From the IMG/VR virus record IMGVR_UViG_3300037067_022543: DNA of 64,000 nucleotides, one strand, 5' to 3'. The notes under the pieces are model-generated. The model was not told the origin of the DNA. It searched no databases and saw only the letters and a list, made by a program, of their open reading frames with translations. Shown here piece by piece: positions 55,582-64,000 of this stretch (position 1 is the stretch's first letter; the number at the start of each line of letters is the position of its first letter). This DNA is from a virus. The translations under genes were made by a program, and so were the position numbers.

Positions 55582-56420
55582 TCAAATAAATTCTTATTGG
55601 TTAATTGATAATTTTTCCACAAACTTTCAACTTTAGTCTTAGGTCTTTCTTTTCCATCTACAGTATGAACATCGAAATCTACCCTAATCCAATTATTGTT
55701 CTTTAATAACCTTTCATATTCATCATTATTATACCCAGAAAGAAGAATTTTTGATTTAGAATTAATAATTTTATCAATAAAAATTTTCTGCTTTTCGTTA
55801 TCCATATCAACCTTATACCTTACATTTGTTCTTCTGGAATGGTGATATGGTGGATCAGCATAAATAAATACATTTTCTGAGTTATATTCGTCTACCATCT
55901 TTAAGGCATCTTTATTAGTTATAATAACTCTTGAAAGCCTCTGATGAACCGGTTCAAGATTATCTACTGTTGACAACATATCTGAAATACTTTTAGACAT
56001 GTTCCTTCTAATAATTAAATTCATTGAAAATCCGCCTATGCCATTTCTAGATGTTCTATTAACAATGAAGTACTTATAAGCCCTGTCAACAATTGAAAGA
56101 CTATCTCTTCTTAATGACTGAATATATTCTTTACGCAATTGTTCTGAATAATATGTTAAATCACATTTTTCTTTGAAAATTTTAAAAAGAAGTGGATCTG
56201 AAATTGATTTAAATAAAGAATAAACATTTTCTTCTAAATCATTATATATTTCAATAGGAGTATTTGGAGATTTTTGAAATAAAATTGAGCCCCCACCACC
56301 AAAAGCTTCCAGATAAGTATCATATGTATCATCAGAAGGAAAGTGCTTTATAATTTCCTTATACATACCACCTTTACCGCCAAAATATCTAATGGGTGAA
56401 TTCATTTTTATATTATACAA
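55578..56420 (-). CDS. Dam-like (D12 class) N6-adenine DNA methyltransferase
   Basis: RYFGGKGGM N-terminus, YLEAFGGGGS (motif I) and YADPPYHH (motif IV). Confidence 0.75.
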   Translation of the reverse strand: MYNIKMNSPIRYFGGKGGMYKEIIKHFPSDDTYDTYLEAFGGGGSILFQKSPNTPIEIYNDLEENVYSLFKSISDPLLFKIFKEKCDLTYYSEQLRKEYIQSLRRDSLSIVDRAYKYFIVNRTSRNGIGGFSMNLIIRRNMSKSISDMLSTVDNLEPVHQRLSRVIITNKDALKMVDEYNSENVFIYADPPYHHSRRTNVRYKVDMDNEKQKIFIDKIINSKSKILLSGYNNDEYERLLKNNNWIRVDFDVHTVDGKERPKTKVESLWKNYQLTNKNLFE

Positions 56421-56428
56421 TATTTTTA

Positions 56429-57259
56429 TTAATCAAACAAATTGATCTTAGCATTTTCTATTCTATCAACTGCTTTGTCTATATATCCTTTATCCCTCTC
56501 TATGCCAATAAACTTTCTCTTAGTCTTAATACAAGCCACTGCAGTTGTTCCTGATCCCATAAAAGGATCCAATACGACATCGCCAACAAAGCTTCCAAGT
56601 TTAATACATCTATATGGGATAGACAAGGGAAATGGGGCTGGATGATCAACTTTTCTTTCAGGAGGGATATTCCATATCTGCATACCAAATTCTTTAAATT
56701 CTTCATTATTCAGTGAAGATAGCTTTCTTAAATCATCACTTATATTTCTAAATCCATTCTTTTTGAACCACAAGATGTATTCAACTTCTTGAACAATTGG
56801 TATTGAGCCTGGGCTACCAAATCTTCCATAACTACCCAACATCCTTAAAGAACCACCAGTAGCATGTTTATTCCTTATTTTTTTCCACAAAATCATTTCT
56901 TTATAATCTATTTTTTTAGAAAGATAAGAAATTAATTCGGCGTGAGTTGGTAAAGTTATATTCTTTTTTAATTCGCTTTTTAGAGATGTATGAGAATCAT
57001 CTATATTAATCCATAAGTGACCTGCATTTTCCAAAATATTTATACAATAATCAAAAATACCATAAAGCATTTTTAGATAAGATTGATAATTTACAAGAAG
57101 ATTATCCCATTTTCTTATATCTTCATATTCTCTGTTGACAAAATAAGGTGGGGATGTAACAACAAGATTAACTTTATTATTTAGTTGGGGAAGAATTTCA
57201 AAACTATCTCCCAAATACAATGCTATATCATTTTTACAATAATACGGAGTAATTGACAT
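56429..57259 (-). CDS. beta-class DNA methyltransferase (N4-cytosine or N6-adenine)
   Basis: VVTSPPYF (motif IV) precedes DPFMGSGTT (motif I). Confidence 0.75.
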   Translation of the reverse strand: MSITPYYCKNDIALYLGDSFEILPQLNNKVNLVVTSPPYFVNREYEDIRKWDNLLVNYQSYLKMLYGIFDYCINILENAGHLWINIDDSHTSLKSELKKNITLPTHAELISYLSKKIDYKEMILWKKIRNKHATGGSLRMLGSYGRFGSPGSIPIVQEVEYILWFKKNGFRNISDDLRKLSSLNNEEFKEFGMQIWNIPPERKVDHPAPFPLSIPYRCIKLGSFVGDVVLDPFMGSGTTAVACIKTKRKFIGIERDKGYIDKAVDRIENAKINLFD

Positions 57260-57430
57260 CTTTCATCCAATAATTTATAACAATTATAAAAGTACAACAT
57301 TAATTATGGTCTTCCGATTCTGTCACCATATCTCCCTTTTGGATACTCTTTGGTATATCCACCATGATCATCGCTATCGGGTATTCTAATTTATTGATCG
57401 TCTACATGAATTAATTAATGTTTAATATTA

Positions 57431-57694
57431 TTAACTTACGTGATTGCACAATTCAATTGCTTGATCTAAATCTTCCTTCATCATCTCAAGACAAACCTTA
57501 ACAGCACGTGTAGCCCACTCTTCTGCTTTTTCTTTTTTGAGATGCAATTTTGAAATATTAAATTTATATTTTTCTAACCAAAACCTGTCATAACCATGTT
57601 CAACAAGAAACGGACAATTTTTAATGTGTTTATAATTATTGAAACCTTCAAGTTTATTTTTTGTTTTTGTTTTTATTTTTAAGTTTCCTTCCAT
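57431..57694 (-). CDS. hypothetical small protein (87 aa)
   Basis: Minus-strand ORF. Confidence 0.4.
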   Translation of the reverse strand: MEGNLKIKTKTKNKLEGFNNYKHIKNCPFLVEHGYDRFWLEKYKFNISKLHLKKEKAEEWATRAVKVCLEMMKEDLDQAIELCNHVS

Positions 57695-57986
57695 TATTAA
57701 CTAAAAAATCATAAAGTTTTTTAGTTGTTGAAAGATCGTGTTTGTTATTTTTTTTGTCCCACCAAGCTTTTTCAACATGTTCGTATATCCACCAACTAAT
57801 CCAATCACCATCATCATTCATAGTTTCTTTTAATAATTCAGAAAGAGCCCAATATTTTTTGTTCTTTGTATTAAACATAACCCAAGAATCACAAACAAGT
57901 TCCAAAGCACGACCAACATCTTCATCAATTTTATCTTGCTCTTTTATAGAACTGATTATCTTGTCAAACAACTCAAATGAGATCAT
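57654..57986 (-). CDS. hypothetical protein (110 aa)
   Basis: Minus-strand ORF. Confidence 0.45.
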   Translation of the reverse strand: MISFELFDKIISSIKEQDKIDEDVGRALELVCDSWVMFNTKNKKYWALSELLKETMNDDGDWISWWIYEHVEKAWWDKKNNKHDLSTTKKLYDFLVNNGRKLKNKNKNKK

Positions 57987-58060
57987 ATTTTTCCTTTAAT
58001 AACTGTATAATGCATCATAACTTAACCATTGTTATAATGCATTATACAAATTATTTAAGA

Positions 58061-59983
58061 TTATTTCTTTTTATCATCAACCATTTCAAAATCAGCATCA
58101 ATTACATCACCTTGTGCATCTTTTTTGTCTTTAATGTTATCAGATGTTTGTTCAGATGTTTTTTCTTTAGAATTCTTTGCTTTTTCATATAATTCAGAAG
58201 AAACAGAATGCATAGATTCATTAAGTGATTCCATTTTTTCCTTAATTGTCTTAACATCTTCAGATTTAATGGCAGATTTCAATTCTTCTATTTTCTTTTC
58301 AACATCTATTTTTTTATCAGAAGAAATCTTTTCAGAATTATCTTTCAGCATTTTCTCTGTTTGATAAACAACATTTTCTGCTATGTTCTTTGTTTCGATT
58401 TTTTCCCTTGAATCCTTATCTTCTTGAGAATGTTCTTCTGCATCTTTAACCATTTCTTTAATTTCTTTTTCAGTCAATCCACTAGATGCTGTTATGGTTA
58501 TCTTTTGTTCCTTATTTGTTCCCAAATCTTTTGCAGAAACATGTAAAATACCATTAGCATCTATATCAAATGCCACTTCTATTTGAGGTGTTCCACGCAT
58601 AGCAGGAGGAATACCATCAAGATGAAAACGCCCTAATGATTTATTACCTTTTGCCATTTGTCTTTCGCCTTGCAAAACATGTATTTCTACGGCAGGTTGG
58701 TTGTCAGCTGCAGTACTAAATATTTCTGACTTGCGTGTTGGTATGGTGGTATTTCTCTCAATCAATTTTGTATAAACTCCACCCAATGTTTCTATCCCTA
58801 AAGAGAGGGGAGTAACATCTAACAGCAACACATCTTTTACATCTCCCTTAATAATACCTCCTTGTATAGAAGCCCCAACTGCAACTACTTCATCTGGATT
58901 AACGCCTTTATGAGGTTCTTTTCCAAATGTCGCTTGAACAACATCTTGAACTTTAGGCATTCTGGTCATTCCTCCAACCATAACAACTTCATTAATATCT
59001 TTATAATCCAAACTAGAATCTTTCACGCATTTTTTGACTGGTGAAAGAGTTCTGCTAATTAAATCATCAACTAGTTGTTCTAGTTTAGATCTGGACAAGT
59101 TAATATTTAAATGTTTTGGTCCAGAAGCATCAGCAGTAATAAAAGGAAGATTAATATCAGTTTGTTGAGATGAAGATAACTCACATTTAGCTTTTTCAGC
59201 AGCTTCCTTCAATCTTTGCAAAGCCATACTATCTTTTGACAAATCAATGCCGTTATCTTTTTTGAATTCAGAAGTCAACCATTGGATAATAAGTTGATCA
59301 AAATCATCTCCACCAAGATGGGTGTCACCATTAGTAGATTTAACTTCAAAAACTCCATCTCCTATATCCAAAATAGAAATATCAAAAGTTCCACCACCAA
59401 GATCATAAACAGCAATCTTTTCATCCTTCTTTTTGTCCATACCATAGGCTAAAGAAGCAGCAGTTGGCTCATTAATTATTCTTAACACTTCAAGACCAGC
59501 AATCTTTCCAGCATCCTTTGTGGCTTGCCTCTGACTATCATTGAAATATGCTGGCACAGTTATAATTGCTTGTGTAACACTTTCCCCCAAATAAGATTCT
59601 GCATCTGTTTTCAACTTTTGCAAAATCATAGATGATATTTCAGGAGGAGAATAAGTCTTGCCATCTACTTCAACATGGGCATCACCATTTTTTGCTTTTA
59701 CTATTTTATATGGTACTAATGATATTTCGTGAGCTACTTCATCATATTTTCTTCCCATAAACCTTTTAATTGAATAAACAGTGTTTTTGGGGTTAGTCAC
59801 TGATTGCCTTTTAGCTGATTGCCCAACAAGCCTTTCTCCGCTTTTAGTGAATGCTACTATTGAAGGAGTTGTTCTACTGCCTTCTGCATTTGGAATAACA
59901 ACAGGTTGCCCGCCTTCCATAACAGCCATACAGCTATTTGTAGTTCCCAAGTCTATACCTATAACCTTATTCGATTTAGCCAT
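58061..59983 (-). CDS. dnaK: Hsp70 chaperone DnaK (bacterial type)
   Basis: [33 protein letters not shown]; full-length 640 aa; TATAAT and AAGGAA upstream. Confidence 0.9.
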   Translation of the reverse strand: MAKSNKVIGIDLGTTNSCMAVMEGGQPVVIPNAEGSRTTPSIVAFTKSGERLVGQSAKRQSVTNPKNTVYSIKRFMGRKYDEVAHEISLVPYKIVKAKNGDAHVEVDGKTYSPPEISSMILQKLKTDAESYLGESVTQAIITVPAYFNDSQRQATKDAGKIAGLEVLRIINEPTAASLAYGMDKKKDEKIAVYDLGGGTFDISILDIGDGVFEVKSTNGDTHLGGDDFDQLIIQWLTSEFKKDNGIDLSKDSMALQRLKEAAEKAKCELSSSQQTDINLPFITADASGPKHLNINLSRSKLEQLVDDLISRTLSPVKKCVKDSSLDYKDINEVVMVGGMTRMPKVQDVVQATFGKEPHKGVNPDEVVAVGASIQGGIIKGDVKDVLLLDVTPLSLGIETLGGVYTKLIERNTTIPTRKSEIFSTAADNQPAVEIHVLQGERQMAKGNKSLGRFHLDGIPPAMRGTPQIEVAFDIDANGILHVSAKDLGTNKEQKITITASSGLTEKEIKEMVKDAEEHSQEDKDSREKIETKNIAENVVYQTEKMLKDNSEKISSDKKIDVEKKIEELKSAIKSEDVKTIKEKMESLNESMHSVSSELYEKAKNSKEKTSEQTSDNIKDKKDAQGDVIDADFEMVDDKKK

Positions 59984-60024
59984 TTTTTATTTCCTTTCGA
60001 TGTTATTTTTTATTATACAATATA

Positions 60025-60435
60025 TTAATCTATTTTTATTAATGAAACATATGGTTCTTTTTTTGCTTTTGGAATAATAATTTCCAGTACTCCTTCTTTA
60101 TATGAAGCTTTAACATTTTCAATAACTATATCTTCTGGAATTAAAATTGAACGACTAAATGAACCATAAAACCTTTCTTGAATAGGAATATTAACCAGTT
60201 GTTCATTTTCAATTTCATTCTTTTTTTCTCCACTAATAGACAATATGTTATTGTCTTCTATACTAATTTTTATTTCTTCCTTTTTCATGCCAGGAATGCT
60301 AAACTTAAATAAAAATAAATCTTCCCTTTCAATAGCATCCATTTCTGGAAATGTTTTTTTACATTCCATATCACCAAATATACTTCTAGCAATACCGATA
60401 CCGTTAACAGATCTACTACAACTTGAAGAATTCAT
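60025..60435 (-). CDS. Hsp20 / alpha-crystallin family small heat-shock protein
   Basis: Alpha-crystallin domain (SISGEK...ERFYGSFSRSILIPEDI...EGVLEIIIPK); SD AAAGGAGG. Confidence 0.8.
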   Translation of the reverse strand: MNSSSCSRSVNGIGIARSIFGDMECKKTFPEMDAIEREDLFLFKFSIPGMKKEEIKISIEDNNILSISGEKKNEIENEQLVNIPIQERFYGSFSRSILIPEDIVIENVKASYKEGVLEIIIPKAKKEPYVSLIKID

Positions 60436-60622
60436 AAATAACCTCCTTTAATTAATTGTTTGAAAAATATATAAGCATCTATCATGCCAAATAAATACTA
60501 TTATTTATAACTAAATGAATATCAATAAAATAAAATAAAATAGTGTAAATATTAAAAATTAAATACGAGTAAATATGGCACACTTTATATGGGGCAATGA
60601 TAAATAATGGCACAGTTAAAAA

Positions 60623-60700
60623 TGGTAGGTGCGGAGGGATTTGAACCCCCAACCCCCGAGATATAAGCTCGGTGCTCTAACCAGTTGAAGCTACGCACCC
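60623..60700 (-). tRNA. tRNA-Ile (anticodon TAT, AUA-reading), CCA encoded
   Basis: Acceptor GGGTGCG/CGCACCT, anticodon arm CCGAG-CTTATAT-CTCGG, T-arm GGGGGTTCAAATCCCTC. Confidence 0.6.
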
Positions 60701-60712
60701 ATATTTCTCAAA

Positions 60713-60787
60713 TGGCTGCCCGACCAGGATTTGAACCTAGACTAACACGTTCAGAGCGTGTCATGCTGCCAATTACACTATCGGGCA
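60713..60787 (-). tRNA. tRNA-Gln (anticodon CTG), CCA encoded
   Basis: U1:A72 acceptor TGCCCGA/TCGGGCA, anticodon arm ACACG-CTCTGAA-CGTGT. Confidence 0.65.
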
Positions 60788-60793
60788 ATAAAG

Positions 60794-60865
60794 TTGTCCC
60801 GCCTGGAATTGAACCAGGTCTAGAACGTTCAAAGCGTCCTGTGCAGACCTTTACACCACGGGACA
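60794..60865 (-). tRNA. tRNA-Gln (anticodon TTG), no CCA
   Basis: Acceptor TGTCCCG/CGGGACA, anticodon arm GGACG-CTTTGAA-CGTTC, T-arm CCTGGTTCAATTCCAGG. Confidence 0.65.
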
Positions 60866-60870
60866 ATAAA

Positions 60871-61239
60871 TCATATTTTAACATTTAACTCTTCAATATC
60901 AAAATTATGCCTAAACGATTGTTTTTTTAATTTTTCTTCTTCATCTTTTAGTTTTTTAACTTTTTCTTCTGCAAATTCTTTTCTCATAAAATAGCCATGT
61001 TCCATATAATCAATCCATCTTCCTCTACTATCTTCACAGTTTTCTTTAACCCTATATATCTTGAAAGATCCACCTTGAATAAAATGATCTACTAATTCAT
61101 TTATTGAAGCACAGTTGAGACAACCTTCATTATGGCCGTTATAGCTAGTATTTAAGGTCTCCCTCAATACATCTCTTATTGTAACTGGCTTATCTATTAT
61201 AATACCTATTTCTTTTTTACTCTCAACTATTGTTTCCAT
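60871..61239 (-). CDS. hypothetical protein (122 aa)
   Basis: Minus-strand ORF directly downstream of tRNA-Asp. Confidence 0.45.
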   Translation of the reverse strand: METIVESKKEIGIIIDKPVTIRDVLRETLNTSYNGHNEGCLNCASINELVDHFIQGGSFKIYRVKENCEDSRGRWIDYMEHGYFMRKEFAEEKVKKLKDEEEKLKKQSFRHNFDIEELNVKI

Positions 61240-61274
61240 ATTATTTCTCCTTTTTAATTATTATTTTATAAAGT

Positions 61275-61348
61275 TGGCGGGGCCGATGGGAGTTGAACCC
61301 ACGCAGGAAAATAGACAGTTTCCCATTCTACCGTTAAATCACGGCCCC
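61275..61348 (-). tRNA. tRNA-Asp (anticodon GTC), CCA encoded
   Basis: Acceptor GGGGCCG/CGGCCCC, anticodon arm GGAAA-CTGTCTA-TTTCC. Confidence 0.7.
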
Positions 61349-61421
61349 ATTTTTCAAAGAGCATTTGCAATTTTAGTTTAAATAGTCTCAACCACGTAAA
61401 GGTATTGCATATATGAGACCG

Positions 61422-61504
61422 CTCCATCGGTAGGACTTAAACCTACAAACCCTTACGGGCGTCTGGTTAACAGCCAGATGCGGTTATCATTTCGCCACGA
61501 TGGA
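61422..61504 (-). tRNA. atypical tRNA-Asn-like (anticodon GTT) with a 15-nt variable region forming a CCC-GTAA-GGG (GNRA) hairpin; G18G19 and C56 not conserved
   Basis: Acceptor TCCATCG/CGATGGA, anticodon arm TCTGG-CTGTTAA-CCAGA, T-arm GTAGGTTTAAGTCCTAC. Confidence 0.45.
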
Positions 61505-61532
61505 ATTAAATTTTTCAAAGAACGCCACACGC

Positions 61533-61568
61533 AAAAAAACCTTCAGACATCTGCCTGAAGGCTTTTTA
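61533..61568. terminator. intrinsic terminator-like hairpin (CCTTCAG-N8-CTGAAGG + T5), A-tract on the other side
   Basis: 7-bp perfect stem. Confidence 0.55.
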
Positions 61569-61595
61569 AGACTTAACAACAAGAAAGCAGTTAAG

Positions 61596-61620
61596 CCAAA
61601 GCCTTCACGCTTTGGTTTAT
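61596..61620. terminator. second hairpin (CCAAAGC-cttcac-GCTTTGG + TTTAT)
   Basis: 7-bp perfect stem. Confidence 0.45.
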
Positions 61621-61715
61621 ATCCTGATTATCTTGTATTATATTTTTCATTTTATTACTTTTAATCTAACTATCACATACAATTGAATTTATACTATTAT
61701 TCTTTTGATTCTCTA

Positions 61716-61743
61716 TTTATACCAAAAAATCCTTTATTGTCAA
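61716..61743 (-). promoter_or_regulatory. sigma70-like promoter (TTGACA-N16-TATAAA) with the shared upstream motif TTAAAATAATTC
   Basis: Minus strand reads TTAAAATAATTCTTGACAATAAAGGATTTTTTGGTATAAA. Confidence 0.55.
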
Positions 61744-61767
61744 GAATTATTTTAAAATATTTTATTC

Positions 61768-62007
61768 TTAATCTTTTTTAGTATCTTTTCTCCAATCTGT
61801 TGTTCCTTTTACTTTATCAACAATTGATGCACAATAAGCCCCAGGATTACCCTTATCTTTATTTTTATCAATACACTCATCAATAAATCCGTGCTCCTTT
61901 GGGCTATGTTTGTATTTTTTCTTTTTCTTTGCTTCCTCTATTTTTAACCATCCTGTTTTTTCACCAATGAATTCCCATTGACTTTTAGATAATTTAATTG
62001 TTGCCAT
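61768..62007 (-). CDS. leader-family small protein (MATIKLSKSQWEFIGEKTGWLK...)
   Basis: N-terminus matches the MKITLSKQQWEFIGNKTGW family. Confidence 0.55.
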   Translation of the reverse strand: MATIKLSKSQWEFIGEKTGWLKIEEAKKKKKYKHSPKEHGFIDECIDKNKDKGNPGAYCASIVDKVKGTTDWRKDTKKD

Positions 62008-62091
62008 ATTTATCTCCCATTTTGTTTTATAAATACAGTAGACTATTTATTCAATACTTGAGATGGCTAATCCTTTATGAAAATAGCATAT

Positions 62092-62742
62092 TTAAATACT
62101 TTTTTGACATGGATTAATTATCATACTTATTGTGCTTCTAGAACAATCAAAGTGTTTTGCAATATCTATTTGCCTCATTCCATCTTTATACATTTTAAAA
62201 ACTTCGCTTCTACTAAGCGGAGTCCTTTGTTCTTTAAGAGTTATAACTTTTTCATAAATTATTTTTTTCAATTCATTAAATTTATCTACATTTATATGCT
62301 CTTGCCTATGACAATTGGCACAAATAATTTCGCAATTATTTATCTCTTCCATAAAAACATCCAAAGAAACTTTTTTATTTCTATTTATAATATCACTAAC
62401 AATAAAATTTTTTTTCCCAAAATGATGAAAATCTAAACTAGCTAAATTTTCACCTCTGTATCCGCACCTATGACACTTGGTAAATTTATTATCTAAAAAT
62501 ATTTTGGCTTTCTCGTCGTTATGTCTACTGCTAACGCAATGTGTTTCTTTATGACAATTAACACATAATAAAATACATTTGGATATTTCTTTTTTTAAAA
62601 TACTCCATCTATAATGTTTTAATTTGGCTATTATATTTAATTTGTTGGAATTATGGTGAAAATCCAAACAAAAAATATCAGAATTACCGCATTTACTGCA
62701 TTTTCCTCCCAATAAGTTTATGGCTTTTATTTTCTTGCCCAA
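62092..62742 (-). CDS. HNH homing-endonuclease-like protein with C-terminal HTH
   Basis: CSKCGNSD...FHHN...CVNCH and, later, CANCHRQEH; C-terminal IDIAKHFDCSRSTISMIIN is HTH-like. Confidence 0.65.
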   Translation of the reverse strand: MGKKIKAINLLGGKCSKCGNSDIFCLDFHHNSNKLNIIAKLKHYRWSILKKEISKCILLCVNCHKETHCVSSRHNDEKAKIFLDNKFTKCHRCGYRGENLASLDFHHFGKKNFIVSDIINRNKKVSLDVFMEEINNCEIICANCHRQEHINVDKFNELKKIIYEKVITLKEQRTPLSRSEVFKMYKDGMRQIDIAKHFDCSRSTISMIINPCQKSI

Positions 62743-62850
62743 ACAAGAACATAACGCATATCTTCTTTATTTAATGTCATTTTGTTAAACTCCCTTTTAA
62801 ATATTTATTCATAACGCAGTTGAACAAATCCTTTTTATTTTTTATAAAAA

Positions 62851-62926
62851 TGGCAGAAGCGGCAGGCCACGATCCTGCAACTGAGGATTTGGAGTCCCCT
62901 ATTTTGCCCACTTAAACTACGCTTCT
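62851..62926 (-). tRNA. tRNA-Trp (anticodon CCA), CCA encoded
   Basis: Perfect acceptor AGAAGCG/CGCTTCT, anticodon arm GGGGA-CTCCAAA-TCCTC, T-stem GCAGG/CCTGC with an unusual loop ATCGTGG. Confidence 0.55.
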
Positions 62927-62954
62927 ATTGAAATAGCATTTATCCTATCACGCA

Positions 62955-62998
62955 AAAAACCCAACAGATTTTTCCGTTGGGGTTGTTGTCAATCACAA
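62955..62998. terminator. terminator-like hairpin (CCCAAC-N10-GTTGGG flanked by A6 and GTTGTT)
   Basis: Visible inverted repeat. Confidence 0.4.
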
Positions 62999-63306
62999 TC
63001 TGTGAATATAGAATGGCTAACCATCAACCCAAATGATGTTCTGGTTATTTCGCCAATTATCTGTTTTTTTAATTTTCATAATTATTGTATTCTTATATTT
63101 TTTTATTTTTACCTACAAAAAAATGATGTTGCTGTGACCATTTTTAAATTATCATACAACTTTTTAATTAAAACATTAATCCTATTATTATGCCAATTAT
63201 AAACAATAATCTTTTCTCAAAAAATAGCAAGGGCGTATAAATAATATTTATTTTTCCAACTTTTATAACTGTTCTATTATTCACACAATTGTCCTTTTGA
63301 ATTCAA

Positions 63307-63334
63307 AATATACTACTAAACAAGATAATGTCAA
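63307..63334 (-). promoter_or_regulatory. sigma70-like promoter (TTGACA-N16-TATATT) with upstream motif AAAATAAATC
   Basis: Minus strand reads TTGACATTATCTTGTTTAGTAGTATATT. Confidence 0.5.
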
Positions 63335-63337
63335 GAT

Positions 63338-64000
63338 TTATTTTATAGAATTTTGAAACTGTTCTGCTTGTGTAGGCATTGCTTTCATTTCTCCTACATC
63401 TTTCATCATAGACTTTCCAATGAAAATGCCCAAAATAACAAGAATAATAGCAGCAATTAATCTGGCATCAAGCGTTAATGCTTCCTTTGCCAATGCTTTG
63501 CTTGATGCTGTTGTTTTCAATTTATTTATCATTTGATTTGCTTGATTAATAATATCAGATGTTATTCCTGCTTGTTCTGGAGCAACCTTATTATTTTGAA
63601 TATTATCTACTATATCTAATGCTGAATTAAAACCTGGCATTCTGCTAAGAAATTTATAAACTAGTGGATGCTTGTTCTTTAATGTTTCAGCTATGTTTTG
63701 TGAATTTGCAATTTTAATAACATTTAAATTTTTAGCCTGTAATTCTTGGATGGTTTCTGGCATAGCAAAGTTTCTTGCTTTTGCTTCCAAATATATTTCC
63801 TTTAATGTCCCGTCAAACACAGACTCAATTACTCCAGAAGCGTCTCTAATTGTTGCAGTATAAGAAAAATTTGGGTCTAGAACATCTGGTCCTGAAAGGG
63901 TCATGGTTCTGCCTGTATTGTTTTTATCTATTATTCTTTTTGAATTTGCATATTTAATCCAACCTGTTTTATTACCAATAAATTCCCATTGCTGCTTGGA
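63338..64000 (-). CDS. leader-family protein with C-terminal TM helix; N-terminus beyond the window end (in-frame ...SKQQWEFIGNKTGWIKYANS visible at 63940-64000)
   Basis: The track ORF 63338..63904 continues in frame upstream to the window edge and encodes the QQWEFIGNKTGWIK leader. Confidence 0.55.
   Translation of the reverse strand, partial: SKQQWEFIGNKTGWIKYANSKRIIDKNNTGRTMTLSGPDVLDPNFSYTATIRDASGVIESVFDGTLKEIYLEAKARNFAMPETIQELQAKNLNVIKIANSQNIAETLKNKHPLVYKFLSRMPGFNSALDIVDNIQNNKVAPEQAGITSDIINQANQMINKLKTTASSKALAKEALTLDARLIAAIILVILGIFIGKSMMKDVGEMKAMPTQAEQFQNSIK

Noticed and set aside
60587-60594. sigma32-type heat-shock promoter upstream of hsp20 (minus-strand CCCCATAT about 150 nt before the start)
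   Set aside because: The -10-like octamer matches CCCCATNT, but no acceptable CTTGAAA -35 element exists at 13-15 nt (the best candidate is TTTAAC at a 20-nt spacing), and tRNA-Ile(UAU) lies immediately upstream. Kept only as a weak possibility.
60685-60888. Plus-strand ORF of 67 aa
   Set aside because: It overlaps the minus-strand tRNA-Gln(CUG) and tRNA-Gln(UUG) genes, and its translation is just the reverse complement of tRNA sequence.
1-64000. Eukaryotic giant-virus (Mimiviridae-like) origin, suggested by AT-richness, an MVP homolog, Hsp70, tRNA clusters, glycosyltransferases and many small Cys-rich ORFs
   Set aside because: Start codons are consistently preceded by AGGAG-type Shine-Dalgarno boxes at 5-9 nt, and intergenic regions carry TTGACA-N16-TATAAT promoters. 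The Hsp70 is bacterial DnaK-type, the tRNA-Gln genes have bacterial U1:A72, and the mimivirus AAAATTGA early motif is not enriched upstream of genes. A bacterial host (phage or integrative element) fits better.
1-64000. Alternative genetic code (e.g. UGA or UAG reassignment, as in some huge phages or CPR bacteria)
   Set aside because: Long uninterrupted ORFs (868, 640, 632 aa) are obtained with the standard code. The gene ends I checked by eye terminate at TAA, with TAG at the N-intein stop. The two apparent gene interruptions are frameshifts, not in-frame stop codons. I found no evidence for recoding.

Overview
This is a 64-kb AT-rich window (roughly 28-30% GC by eye) in which almost every gene lies on the minus strand, separated by short gaps or 4-bp overlaps. 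The expression signals are bacterial. Several intergenic regions carry TTGACA-N16-TATAAT-type promoters on the minus strand, and AGGAG-like Shine-Dalgarno boxes sit 5-9 nt before start codons. I therefore read it as part of a large (jumbo-like) bacteriophage or phage-derived element of an AT-rich bacterium, not a eukaryotic giant virus. Annotated content: a major-vault-protein homolog truncated at the window start; a glycan-modification gene set (two NAD-dependent epimerases, an FkbM methyltransferase, a GT11 fucosyltransferase-like gene, a GT1-like gene and an Asp-box sialidase-like gene); nucleotide-metabolism genes (IMPDH/GMP-reductase family, two nucleoside deoxyribosyltransferase-like genes, two HD-domain proteins and an NT5C-like deoxyribonucleotidase); DNA-metabolism genes (flap endonuclease, UvrD-like helicase, HNH and Vsr-like endonucleases); at least six DNA/SAM methyltransferases; DnaK plus Hsp20; a FliW homolog; and about 15 tRNA or tRNA-like genes in three clusters. 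Items worth follow-up: (1) an AAA+ ATPase whose Walker A motif is interrupted by an intein split across two ORFs, with a 25-residue N-fragment; (2) a Type ISP-like restriction-modification module spread over three ORFs; (3) a protein family sharing a conserved N-terminal leader (MKITLSKQQWEFIGNKTGW); (4) a Thg1-like 3'-5' polymerase, an HD/PPAT-like nucleotidyltransferase and a radical-SAM gene in one block near aberrant tRNAs (a Pro and an Asn tRNA with GNRA-hairpin insertions in the variable region, a His-like tRNA with encoded G-1, degenerate tRNA copies and a 10-bp tandem repeat); (5) two genes broken by frameshifts. Coordinates I derived by hand (tRNAs, promoters) may be off by 1-2 nt.
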